From Trueperaceae bacterium (lineage in GTDB: Bacteria; Deinococcota; Deinococci; Deinococcales; Trueperaceae): 64,000 bases of DNA. The stretch covers positions 1,632,001-1,696,000 of the forward strand of contig CBDCDZ010000004.1 of the NCBI GenBank assembly GCA_965215565.1, written 5' to 3'. Position 1 is the stretch's first letter; each line of letters begins with the position of its first letter. Made by a program: the position numbers and the translations under genes. Below, piece by piece: positions 48,110-59,300 of this stretch. The notes beneath the pieces are model-generated. The model did not search any database. It worked only from the letters and a program-made list of their open reading frames with translations, and was not told the origin of the DNA.

Positions 48110-49130
48110 ACAAACGCTCAGTAAAGAGGTGAGCCGAAGCGAGCAGGCGACGAAGCAGATGAACATGGTGCAAGCGATCAACGACGCTTTGGACGTAGCC
48201 CTTGGGAGAGACGACACCGTCTTGGTCTTCGGCGAAGACGTCGGCACGATGGGCGGCGTGTTTCGGGCGACGGACAACCTGCAAACCAAGTACGGCGAGC
48301 GCCGCGTGTTCGACACACCTCTAGCGGAGGCGGGCATCGCGGGCTTCGGCATCGGTTTAGGGCTAGCCGGACTCAGACCCGTCGCCGAGATGCAGTTCGC
48401 GGGCTTTATCTACCCCGCGTTAGACCAAATCCTGTCACACTTAGGGCGCTACCGCCACCGCACGCGGGGGCGCTTTTCCATCCCAATGGTGATTCGCGCG
48501 CCCTATGGCGGCGGCGTCCACACGCCCGAGCAACACGCCGACTCGCCCGAGGCGATCCTGACGCACGTGCCGGGCGTCAAAGTGGTGATCCCTTCCTCGC
48601 CTGCACGCGCCAAAGGGCTCCTCTTAGCCGCGATCGACGACCCTGACCCGGTGTTCTTTTTGGAAGCCATCAAGCTCTACCGCTCGTCGAAAGAAGAGGT
48701 ACCCGAGGGCTACTACACCCACGAACTCGGCAAGGCTCGAGTCGTCAGAGAGGGCGACGCCGCGACGCTCATCGGCTACGGCGGAATGATCGAGATATGT
48801 CAGAAGGCGGCGGATGTGGCTTCGAGAGAAGGCGTAGAACTCGAGATCGTCGACTTAGAGACCCTCACCCCCTTCGACAGCGAAACCGTGATTCAGTCGG
48901 TGCAAAAAACAGGGCGCGCCGTCGTCGTGTACGAAGCAGCGCGGACCGGCGGCTTCGGCGCGGAGGTGGCGGCGCGCATCGCGGAGGAGGCGCTCTATTC
49001 GCTCGAGGCTCCCGTCTTGCGCGTTGCGGGCTGGGACGCACCTTATCCGCCCTTTTCGTCCATCGAGCATCACTACCGCCCGGACGCGAGGCGAGTATTG
49101 GAGGCGGTTAAGCGTGTGCTGAGCGCGTAA
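48093..49130 (+). CDS. pdhB: 2-oxoacid dehydrogenase E1 beta
   Basis: [19 protein letters not shown] and EMQF motifs. Start is uncertain. Confidence 0.88.
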   Translation: MQTLNKQTLSKEVSRSEQATKQMNMVQAINDALDVALGRDDTVLVFGEDVGTMGGVFRATDNLQTKYGERRVFDTPLAEAGIAGFGIGLGLAGLRPVAEMQFAGFIYPALDQILSHLGRYRHRTRGRFSIPMVIRAPYGGGVHTPEQHADSPEAILTHVPGVKVVIPSSPARAKGLLLAAIDDPDPVFFLEAIKLYRSSKEEVPEGYYTHELGKARVVREGDAATLIGYGGMIEICQKAADVASREGVELEIVDLETLTPFDSETVIQSVQKTGRAVVVYEAARTGGFGAEVAARIAEEALYSLEAPVLRVAGWDAPYPPFSSIEHHYRPDARRVLEAVKRVLSA

Positions 49131-49167
49131 GGTCACAGCGTTATCTGTACGAGAGGGAGCGTGCGGC

Positions 49168-49195
49168 GTAGGGGCGATTCATGAATCGCCCCTAC
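49168..49195. repeat. GTAG-type REP-like palindrome
   Basis: GTAGGGGCGATTCATGAATCGCCCCTAC. Confidence 0.85.
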
Positions 49196-49220
49196 ACAGC
49201 GCCGCGTTGCCCTTCACCGT

Positions 49221-51254
49221 TTACTGCGCCGAACTCGGCTCCAGCGTCAATTTGTAGAGGGCAAAGCCATCCTCCGCAGCACCGACGTACTCGATGGTCT
49301 CGTCGTCGCTCTGCACCTCGTCCAAGTAGTTTTGCGCGTCCGGTCCACCTTGAAAGGTCGCGCTGATGGAGTTCTCAACGGGGGCAAACTCCCAATTTTC
49401 ATCGGCTGAGGGGTTCACCGTCTCCTGCTCGGTCAGGTAGTTGATGATGACCTGGCGGTTCTCGTCGGGCGAGTCGATGACGATGGTCGTACCGTCCAAG
49501 TTCGGGAAGTTGCCGCCGCCCGAAGCGCGGTAGTTGTTGGTGGCGACTAAAAAGTCTTGCTCGGCTGTTACAGGCTCGCCGTTATATTGCAGGTTGACGA
49601 TGCGGCTCGAGCCTTCGTTGATCAATAACCCTTCCGCGTCGTAGCGCGGCGGCTTCGTCACGTCGATTTCGTAGGTGACGCCGTCGATGACGTCGAAGTT
49701 ATAGGAGGGGAAGTTGTCGTTTAACAAGGATTGGTCGGTAGCGCCTGGCGTAATCTGGTTGAACTGCCCGGCGGACATCTCGAGCCACTCCTTGATCTGT
49801 GCTCCGTTCAACCTTACGACTTTAAGCGTGTTCGGATAGATGTAGAGGTCAGCGATGTTTTTCACCGCGAGCGTGCCCTCAGCGATGTCGGTGTAGTAGT
49901 TCGGCCCGGCGCGTCCGCCCGCTTTGAAGGGTGCGGCGGCGGAGAGGATGGGGAGCCCTCCGAGTTCGGTCCCCTGCACCGCCCGCTCGGTGTACCAGGT
50001 CTGCGCCTGGTTGACGATCTGCACCGAAGGGTCATCCTTGACGAGTGCGAAGTAAGAGGTGATGGGCGCGCTCGTCTGGGCGACGTCATCTCTGATATAG
50101 GCGAGCGTGCCCTCGTGCTCCTGTGCAACCGCGTCTAAAATCTCCTGATCCGCCTCGACCAGAGGCGCGTCGTTCTCCGAGTCGTAGATGGGTTTGGCTT
50201 CAACCTGGGAGTTCACAACTGTCCATGCGTCATCCGAAACCTCTAAGGTTAAGTCGATGACGCCTAAGTGATCGCCCCAGAAGCCGGGCATCACGGCGGG
50301 CACGCCGTTGATGGTGCCCTTCTTCAAATCCACGTTCGGCGCGTCCGCGAACGCTTCGGAGGGAAAGACTGTGTGCGAGTGCCCGAACAAGATGGCGTCG
50401 ACGCCGTCCACCCGGCTGAGTAGGTACGAGGCGTTCTCCTCCAGCCCCTGCTGCTCGGTGGGACCGAAGCCCGAATGCGGAATGGCGACGACGAGGTCTG
50501 CGCCCTCTTCGAGCATCTGCGGGACGAACTTCTCCGCCGTTTCCACGATGTCTTTGGCCACGACCTCACCCAGCAAGTTGCTCCGGTCCCACTCCATAAT
50601 CTGTGGCGGCACGAAACCGATGACGCCCACTCGCAACTCGTGCTCCGTCCCGCTCTCGTCGGTGACGGTCTTGTCCAGGATGAGGTAGGGCGTGTAGCGG
50701 TTCTCGTCGTTATCGGGGTTGTCGTCGCCATCGTCCACGTAAACGTTCGCGTTGACGTAGGGAAAGTTCGCGCCCTCTAAGCTGAGGTCTAAAAACTCCA
50801 AGCCGTAGTTAAATTCATGATTGCCGATGTTGCCCGCGTCGTAGTCCAAGAGGTTCATCGCCTTGTAGACCGGGTGCACTTCGCCTTCTTGCAGAGGCTC
50901 GGTGCGCGCTTTGAAGTCTCCCAGTGGGCTCCCTTGAATGAGGTCGCCGTTGTCGAACAAGAGGACGTTGCCTACCTCTTCTTTCGCGGCTTTGATGAGC
51001 GTGGCGGTTTTTGCTAAGCCGAACTCGTCCGTGGGCTCGTCGCGGTAGTAGTCGTAGTTCACGATGTTGGTGTGGATGTCGGTGGTTTCGAGAAGGCGCA
51101 GCTTGACGGTGGTCCCTGTTGTGTCTTCCGTCATACCACTTGTCATGCCGCCCGTCGCACCGCCGGTCTCCTGCGCTTGCGCGCCCACCCAAGACATCAG
51201 AACGGCGCAGCACAGGGCGGCAGCCATAAGCCATTTCAGTTTCTCTTTGTCCAT
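49221..51254 (-). CDS. cpdB: secreted 2',3'-cyclic-nucleotide 2'-phosphodiesterase/3'-nucleotidase
   Basis: Signal peptide; TTDIH, DNGDLIQG, GNHEFNYG, GHSH, AAPFKAGGR and TNNYRA motifs. Confidence 0.93.
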   Translation of the reverse strand: MDKEKLKWLMAAALCCAVLMSWVGAQAQETGGATGGMTSGMTEDTTGTTVKLRLLETTDIHTNIVNYDYYRDEPTDEFGLAKTATLIKAAKEEVGNVLLFDNGDLIQGSPLGDFKARTEPLQEGEVHPVYKAMNLLDYDAGNIGNHEFNYGLEFLDLSLEGANFPYVNANVYVDDGDDNPDNDENRYTPYLILDKTVTDESGTEHELRVGVIGFVPPQIMEWDRSNLLGEVVAKDIVETAEKFVPQMLEEGADLVVAIPHSGFGPTEQQGLEENASYLLSRVDGVDAILFGHSHTVFPSEAFADAPNVDLKKGTINGVPAVMPGFWGDHLGVIDLTLEVSDDAWTVVNSQVEAKPIYDSENDAPLVEADQEILDAVAQEHEGTLAYIRDDVAQTSAPITSYFALVKDDPSVQIVNQAQTWYTERAVQGTELGGLPILSAAAPFKAGGRAGPNYYTDIAEGTLAVKNIADLYIYPNTLKVVRLNGAQIKEWLEMSAGQFNQITPGATDQSLLNDNFPSYNFDVIDGVTYEIDVTKPPRYDAEGLLINEGSSRIVNLQYNGEPVTAEQDFLVATNNYRASGGGNFPNLDGTTIVIDSPDENRQVIINYLTEQETVNPSADENWEFAPVENSISATFQGGPDAQNYLDEVQSDDETIEYVGAAEDGFALYKLTLEPSSAQ

Positions 51255-51356
51255 CTCTCGCTCCTTCTTGACGCGGGCTAAGTTCGCTTTGCTTTCTACG
51301 CGCGCCACACCTCTTAATGTACCTAAAAATGTGTCGGGGAGGGACAAGCTCGAGCG

Positions 51357-52583
51357 TCAACCGGAGTCACGTCCGCCTTCACGGATTCTACTCACCACGA
51401 GCACCACCCCCGCTAGCAGATACATGAGCGCGTCCACGGCGATCACCATAACGCCGACGGCTTCACCTAAAACGCCTGAGACGCCCATCCCCACGAGTTG
51501 CGCCGCGCCAAACACGGCTAAATATGTACTGAACACACGCCCGCGCTTCTGGGGCTCCGCCTGGGTTTGTACGAGGGTCATCTGCGCTGTCCCCCAGCCC
51601 GCCGCCGGGAGCCCAACCAGCGCCGTCAAAACGAGACCGAGCCAAAGCTGCGGATAAAAGAGCGGGTAGAAAAAGAAGAAGCAGAGGACGAGCCCAGTGA
51701 GAAGGCTGCTCCACCTCAACAGCTTCATGACAGGCAGGCGGTCCACAAAACTCGTCAAGAGCAACCCCGCGACGATACCGCCGAGCGCCTGCGCGGAAAA
51801 AATAGCGCCGAGTTCGGGTCCACCACCCCCTAATATCACCGCGACAAAGGGCGCGATGAGGGTTGAAACGAACCCTTCACCGAAACCGACGAAGCCTGCG
51901 ACGAGGAAACAGAGCCTGAGCGAGCGATTCGCGGACACGGCGCGGAGCCCGGCGAGCCACTCGAACAAGAGGCGGCGATAAGGATTCGTTTCGCGCGAAA
52001 CGCCTCTTTCAACACGAGGTGCGTTTACGCCTAGCACGAGCAGCGCCGCTACGAGGTAGGTGAGCGCGTTGAAGAGGACGACGCCGACAAAACCTGTAGA
52101 AGCGATGAGCACCCCACCCAGCGCCGGACCGATGAGCCGCGCCAAGTTATTGTTGAGCGCGTTGAGACTGTTCGCGGCTCCCAGACGCGACTCGCCAACG
52201 AGGGTGGGCAAGAGCGCGTTTTCCGCCGGACCCAAGAACTGCCCAACCGAAGACTGTGCCAAGGCGACAGGCACGACCGCCCACCACGGTGCGTGTAGAA
52301 CGCTTAAAAAAGCGAGCGTTACACTGACAAGCGCAACATTCGTCAGCACCATCGTCCTCGTGTAAGACCAGCGGTCCACGAGCACGCCGGCAACCTGCCC
52401 GACGACGAGGGTAGGCAGCGCCGTCGCCATCACGCCTATGCCCGTCGCGAGCGTCGAGCCCGTTTCAGCGTAAATGTAGATAGGCAGCGCGACGAAGAGC
52501 GTATAATTTCCGGTCCAGGAAATGAACCCCGACGTCCAGACGAGCATGAAGTTGCGGTTGCGCAGGAGGTCAAAGGCGGTCAT
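51357..52583 (-). CDS. MFS transporter
   Basis: About 12 TM segments, GVLVDRW motif A, GPALGG. Confidence 0.92.
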   Translation of the reverse strand: MTAFDLLRNRNFMLVWTSGFISWTGNYTLFVALPIYIYAETGSTLATGIGVMATALPTLVVGQVAGVLVDRWSYTRTMVLTNVALVSVTLAFLSVLHAPWWAVVPVALAQSSVGQFLGPAENALLPTLVGESRLGAANSLNALNNNLARLIGPALGGVLIASTGFVGVVLFNALTYLVAALLVLGVNAPRVERGVSRETNPYRRLLFEWLAGLRAVSANRSLRLCFLVAGFVGFGEGFVSTLIAPFVAVILGGGGPELGAIFSAQALGGIVAGLLLTSFVDRLPVMKLLRWSSLLTGLVLCFFFFYPLFYPQLWLGLVLTALVGLPAAGWGTAQMTLVQTQAEPQKRGRVFSTYLAVFGAAQLVGMGVSGVLGEAVGVMVIAVDALMYLLAGVVLVVSRIREGGRDSG

Positions 52584-52613
52584 GCAAGCAGAATGAGTGC
52601 TAAGCTACTACGA

Positions 52614-53261
52614 ATGGTAGTTCCAGATTCAAGTAGCTTTCATAGGGTGGAGAACGAGCGGCAGGCGCAGCTTCTCACGGACCCTAAGAGCAAAGCCTTT
52701 TTCAAACCGTTTTTGGCGCAAGAGCGCAGCACATCACAAGCAGCGGCGGCGGTAGGTTGTCCGCTCACCACAATGCACTACCGCGTGAAGCGCTTTTTGG
52801 AGGCGGGGCTTCTTGAAGTCGCGCGAGAAGAAAAGCGCAAGGGGCGCACCGTCAAATTCTACCGCTCCTTTCACGACGCCTACTTCATCCCCTTTAGCCT
52901 CACGCCTTACGCGACGTTGGAAGAGAGGTTGGAAGCGCAAGGCGCGCCTCTTTTCGCTAACCTCTTACGGGCATACGCCAGCGCGATTAAGGAAAGCGAG
53001 CGCTACGGTCATCACCTCTTCCGCAGCGGCGGCGCGTTCTGCACGAGTGACCTCTTGCCCGAGCTTACCCTCGGCGGTTTGCCTGTTGTTTACTCGGATA
53101 CGGTAGCGACGCTCAACAAAGAGGACGCACTTGACCTCAGCGTTGACCTCCGCAATCTTTTTAGGCGTGGGCTTGCGCCGAGCGCAGAAGATGAGAAGGG
53201 CGCGCAAGCTTATCTTTTGATGGTAGCGCTGCTGCCGTTAGAAGACGCGCGGGAAGTCTAA
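52614..53261 (+). CDS. ArsR-like winged-helix regulator
   Basis: HTH (MHYRVKRFLEAGLL...GRTVKFY), divergent from the MFS gene. TGc-TAAGCT 7 nt before ATG 52614. Confidence 0.75.
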   Translation: MVVPDSSSFHRVENERQAQLLTDPKSKAFFKPFLAQERSTSQAAAAVGCPLTTMHYRVKRFLEAGLLEVAREEKRKGRTVKFYRSFHDAYFIPFSLTPYATLEERLEAQGAPLFANLLRAYASAIKESERYGHHLFRSGGAFCTSDLLPELTLGGLPVVYSDTVATLNKEDALDLSVDLRNLFRRGLAPSAEDEKGAQAYLLMVALLPLEDAREV

Positions 53262-53328
53262 ACGACACTGCTTAGGGTCAGCGTATAAATTCAACCTTGT
53301 GGGAGCGTTTCTCGGGCTCGCTCAGCAC

Positions 53329-56300
53329 CTACCACGTAAAACTCACCCCGAAGCGCGCGCGCGCGCTCTGATTCAGACCCGACGCGCCCAAACCTGCCTC
53401 GAGGCTGATGAGGGGGGTCACGGCGTAGCCCAAAGAGAAGTCGAACTCGGTTACGGCGGAGGCGTCGTTCAAGAAGTTGACCTCGCCGGCGAGAAGAAGT
53501 TCCAGAGGTGCTAAGTCGTAGCGGAGGGAGAACTCGTTGGAGAGGGCGTAGCGCCCTTCGGGGTCGTCGAAGCGCCCGACTTCCAAGCTGGCGAAGAGGT
53601 CGTCGCCAATATAACCGCCTACGCGCAGCGACACGCCGAAGGGGTCCTCTTGGCTACCAGCTAAAAGCGAGCTGACGGCGCTCGTGCGAATTTCGAATAA
53701 GCCGACGCCGAGCGCGTCGCCCAGGGCGCTCTGCAGCTCGGACAAGACGAGAAAGTCCACGGCGGTGTCGATGGCACCTTCGGCGATGGTACCCGCTAAG
53801 CTGTCCGCGCCCGCTAAACCCGTGCCGAGCTGCAAGCGCCCCAAGGTGAGGAGCGAGACCAACTCCGGCTCGTCCAGCGGGCGCGGCGCATTGCCGCCCT
53901 GCTCCTGGATGGCGGCGTCGCTGCTCAGGCTCGGCTCGAGGTCGAGCACGGGGCGGCTTCGCCCCGCCACCTCTTCGAAGCTGCCGTCCACGCTCAGTTG
54001 TACGCCGAAGGTGCGCCCCTCGCGCGGCTCGACGAAGGTGTACGTGTTCCGCAAGTTGCCGAGCGCGTCGTCCTTATCGAAGGTGGCTTGCGCGACGAGA
54101 TCGAGCACCGGGAAGACGCCTTGCGAGGGCTCAAAGGTGGCGGTGCCCTCCTCGATGACGAAGTCTTTGCCCGAGAAGCGCACCGTCCCCTGGAGCGTGC
54201 GCGCGACGCCCGAAAGTGCCGGGTCAGCCGCCGTCCCGCTGAGGTCCAAGTCAAAGGTGAGTTCGGCGGTGCCGAAGCCCGCGCGGAAGAGCACGCTGCT
54301 CTGCGCGAGGATATCCACGTCTTCGAAGAGGATGCGCTGTAAGACGGGATTGGGAGCCGCAGTGGTGGACGCGGAGGATCCCGCCCCAAACGGTGCGCCC
54401 GCTCCGCTTTGTCCGCTCGAGCCGAACGCGCCCAACTGGGACGTAGGGCTAGGCGTGGGAGCAGGCGCGTCGCCGCTCGCTGCGCCCGGCTCGGCGTCCG
54501 GTACGAAGGGCGCGCCCGCTTCGCTCGTTCGGCCCGTACCCGTTTGGCTCGTATTCGCACCCGACGGAGTCGCATCCGAACTCGCCGCGCCCGCTCCCTC
54601 TGAGGTGTCACTTGAGCCGCTGCGGTTGCGGGCGGTGGTGAGGCGCGCGCTCTCGACGACGGCGTCGCCGGAGATGACGAAATTTTCGCCGCGCCGCGTG
54701 ATATCGAACGCCGCGTCGGTGGCGCTCGAGGCGACGAAGAAGTTCTGCGCGTTCAAGTTTAGGTTCTCGCCGCGCAGCGCCAAGTTGAGCGGCGCTAAGC
54801 TGCCCGTCAGCGTGACGGGCTGACCGAGCGAGGCGCGGCTATCGAGTCTCCAGCCGTCACCCGAGCCCGCCGTGACCTCACCCGCGATGCGGCGCACGGG
54901 TCCCACGACGGGCAGCGCCGCGTTGCCCTCGAAATCCAGCGCGAAATCCTCCAAGCTGTAGGGCGCGAGGCTGAGCCGCCCGCCGCCGCGCAGCGCGAGG
55001 GAGCCGCCGATGGGCGCGACGCCCTCTGCCGCCGCGACGATATCTAAGTCCTCGTCATTGAGGGTGACTCTCGTTCCGGTGAGACGGTACGTAGAGCCCG
55101 CCAAGCGGAGCTGCAAGTTGGGGCTCGTCAGCTCGAGCTGCGGCTCACCTAAAGTACCCGTCGCCGCCAAGCTCAGTGAGCCTTGCGCCCCGACGCCCAG
55201 GGCCGCGAGGCGCGGCGCGAGGCTTAGCAGGGGCGTGACGTCGGCGTCTTCGGCTTGGAGCGAGAGGTCTAAGACGTCGCGGGTGACGCGCCCCGACGCC
55301 CGCCAGAAGCCGCCGCCGCGAAACTCGGCGCGGTCGATGATGAGCCCGCCCTCGTCATAGCGGAGCGCCACCTCACCGCGCGTCACCTGATCCGAGCCCT
55401 CACGCCTCAAGGTGAGCCGCTCGGTGGCGACTTGCACGTAGCTCTGCGCAGGCGCGTTCAGCGGCACGTCGAAGCGCGCCGCGCCCGTCGCGGACGCATT
55501 GACCGTACTCGCACCCGTCGCAGCTTCCGCCAAAATTTCTAGCGGGAACTGCTCCAGGTCAAAAAAGCCCGACACGCCCTCGCCATCGTAGCCAACGCGG
55601 AGCTGGCTGTCGCCCAGACTCGCTCTCGCCTCGAGGTTTTGCACCGTGCCGCTCAGCTCGACTTGCGTCGGCAACGTCGTCTGCGCCACGCTCAAGCCAG
55701 GGCTGACGAGCTGCCCGACGACTTGGTTGCCGTTGAGCCGCACGACGCCGCTCAGGGGCGCGTCCAGGTTCGGCACGCGCCGCTGCAAGAGGGGCAGCTC
55801 AGAGACGTTCACGCCGTCTAAGCGCAGCCGCGCGACGCGGGCGCGGTTCGCCTGCGGCAGGTACGTCTCCCGCAGTCCTTGAGGGATGAACTGCGCCCAG
55901 CCGAGCTGCCCCTGCACCGTCGCCTGCCCCGCCCCCACGCCGAGCGCGCCGCTGCCGCGCAGCCCGCGCGGGTCCGCCGTGAGGAGTGTCGTGAGGGTGA
56001 GCGCAGGCAAGTCGGGCGCGTCGGCTAGGGGCACCTCGAGCAGCCGGATATCGCCTGTCGGTCCTGTCTCGGGCGTGTAGCGCAGCGCAGCGCTCAGCTC
56101 GCCCGCCGCCTGAACGGTGGACGCGTCTTCGTCCGCTTCACTCGTCGCCGCGCCCGTGCCGAGCGCGAGATCGGCGTCTAGCGCGGCGGTCCGCGCCGCC
56201 CAGTCCACGCTCGCGTCCAACGTGCCGACGTCGCCCGCCGCGCTCACCTCGGCGCGGCTGTCCGCCACGTCCAATTCGAAGGGGAGCGCCCTGACCTCGG

Positions 56301-59300
56301 CGAGCCAGGGGAGGAACGTCGTTTCTTCTAGGGTGGCGTCCTCTGCGCCGCGCCACGTCCCCTGAAGGTCCACGTCGCCGGGAACGGCGGTGCCGGCTAG
56401 CTCGAGCGTCCCTAAAGCCGTCCCCCAACGCAACTCGGACACCTCGGCGCGGGGCGTCGGCTGCGCCTGCAGCGTGACGCTGCCCTGCGTGTCCTGCACG
56501 CCCGCGAGGGTGAAACCGCGCAGCAGTTCGCCCGCCCAGACCTGCGGCGGCCCGCTCGGCAGCGTGCCCGAGAGCGCTAAGCCGGGCGTTTGCGGCGCGC
56601 TCAAAGCGAGGTCGAGCCAGCCGCCCGCCACCTCGCTCGGCGTGAGGCGGACGCTCGCCGGACCTGCGCCGAGCGCCAGCGCCCCGGACGCGGCGAGCGT
56701 GCCCTCCGCTCGCGTCACGGTGAGTTGGTTTTGCGGCGAAGTACTGAGTGACAGCTTGAGCGGCAGCGCCGTCCCGGTCAGCGCGAGCGGCTCCTCTAAA
56801 AATGGCGAGACTAGGCGCTGCTCCAACGCCAAACGTCCTGGGCTCAGCGCAAAGGTGCCCGCGAGGGCGTTCGCGTCCCGTTCTAAGGTGAGCGTGCCGT
56901 CTAAAGACGGCTCGGCTAACGCGCCCGAGAGCGTCGCCTGCACGTCCGCCTCGGCTCCTCGTAAAGTAACGTCAGACAGCTCGAGCCTCCCGGACCAGCC
57001 GCTCACCTCGTCCGTGACGCCGTAGCGCGCGTCCAAGTCGAGCGTGCCCGACAAGAGGTCCGCCTGCGACGCCACCCTGAGTCCGTCGTCGCCGTAACGC
57101 ACGGCGAGTGGCACCTGGAGTGCGTCACCGGCTAGGGTGCTGGAAAGAACCGCGTCCAGCGCGCCCTCGCTCAACGTTCCGCCACCCTCCGCGGCGAGCG
57201 CACTGTCACTGGGAAGGGGCAGCTCGAGCCGCGCCTGCCACGTCACGGCGTCCGTCAAGTCCACCGACGCCGTGAGGATGTCGCCCTGCAGGGTGAGGCG
57301 CTCGAGGTCCCCCTCACCTTCCGAGCTGAGCGCAAGGTCACCCAGCGCCAAAGGACCTGCCTGCAAGCCGGTGAACGTCCCGGCGACGCTCACCTCAGAA
57401 CCCCAAGCCGCCGCTAAGTCGAGCGCCCCACCGAGCTGAGGCGACAGACTCGCCAAATCGCCCGTGAGCTGCGCCTCGCTCGTGCTTAGCGCGCCGCGCC
57501 AGCCCGCGAGCTTCTCGTTGCCTGCGAGCAAAATCGTGTCGTCCGCCGCGTCCAGCGCCAAGGCGTAGTCCGCGAACGCCACCTGCCCCTCCGCCGCGAG
57601 TTCACCCAAGCGCCAGCGGAGGCGCAAGTCACTGTTGAGCGCCCCGAGCGCCAATGTGCTCGTCAGCGCGGCGTAGCGCCCCGGCTCTAAGCGAGCCGTG
57701 AGACCACCCTCAGCGCTGCCGGTTCCCACCAGGCGCGTCTCCAGAGTCGGCGCGCCGAGCGTCCCACCCAGGTCCAAGTCGCCCCCCAAACTCCACGGCG
57801 ACTCCGCGAGCCCCACGTTTCGAACGGCGAGCGTGCCCGAGAGGGGCGTCCCCGCCGGAGCGTCCGCGCTGCCGATGAGGAGCGCGCCTTCCAGTTCACC
57901 GCGCGCGCTGCCTAGCTCTGCTAAATCTACGCTCACATCCAGGGGCGCGTAGAGCGCGCCGTCATAACGCAACTCTCCCGCCACGCGGCTGCGCACGCTC
58001 TCCAAAAGGAGCGTGTCCGCTCGAATATCAGGCGCGCCACCCCACGTGCCCGCACCCTGGAGTTGCGCCGTTAAGCGCGGCGCGTCCAGAGGCGGCAAGA
58101 GGTCTTGGACGAGCAGCGCGTCCGCGTCAAGACTGAGTGTCCAACCCTGCGGCGTCGCCTGCGCGCCCACGTCCAAAGCGTCATTTTGCAGGATGAAACT
58201 CGCACCTTCACGCGAGGCGCGCAGCGCGCCCGCCGCCTCTAACGCGCCTTCGAGAGTCACCGGACCCGCGAGGTTGGGCTGACTCAGGGTGCCGCCGAGC
58301 GTCAAGTCGCCGACGAACGCGAGCGGCTCGCCGGGATACGCCGCGCTGAGGTCGCTCACGGGCGCAGCCACGTTCACGCTGCCCGAAACGCTCCCGTCAC
58401 GCCAGGGCGCGCGGCTCAGCGCGGCTTGAAGCGTCGCGACCTCTTCGCCGCCGTAACCCATCAAACCCGATACCTCGAGGTTGCCCCGCCCTGCGAGGGT
58501 GACAGAAGCGTTCGCCTCACCTTGCGCGAACACCGCTTGCGCCTCGCCGGAGAAGCCCGACCCGGTTCTCCACGCGAGATCGCTGACGAGGTTCGTACCG
58601 AAGACCTCGAGCGCCCCCTCCGCCCGGAGCGATTCCAGGGCGAATCCTGGCGAGAGGTCCGCGAGGAGCGTCAACTCACCCGGCTCTAAAAGCAAGAGGT
58701 AGCCGTCCTCTCGCCTGAAACCTATCTCAACAGGCTCATCTAGCACGCCCGTTTGCAAGCTGCCCGTGAGGTCTGGGTTGGGCCAGGCGGGACCCGCGAG
58801 TGATAGCGCGAGGTTGCGCTGCGGTAATGCGGCGCTCAGAGAGGTCAGCGCGAACTGCCCGTTCTCGCGCGTCGCGCGAAAGTCAGCGCTGAGCGGTTGC
58901 GCGACGTTCGCCACACCGTTAGGCGCGTTCAGCTCGCCCTGTATCTGCTGAGCTGTGGCGTCTACGCTGAGGGTTGCGTCGCCCAAAGTCGCGTTGAGGT
59001 CGCCTGTGAGGGTGGCAGGCTCGAGCGACCCCGCTACGCTCAGCGGCTCGCCCTGGAAGGTGCCGTCTCCGGTCACGCGCACCCGCTCCCCCGCCCTCAC
59101 TTGCGCTTGAAGCGTCAGCGGACCTTCGTCTAGGGACACGTCATAGGTGTTCGCCTCGCCGCTCGCCGCGTTGTCCAGTGCAATCCTCGTTCCCGCAACC
59201 TCACCGGTAATATCTACACCCGTTTCGTCGCCCGCGCGGACGCGCACGTCGAGCGGTCTTCCTTGCGCTGTGCCCGCCGCGTTCAGGTCGGCGCCGTAGC

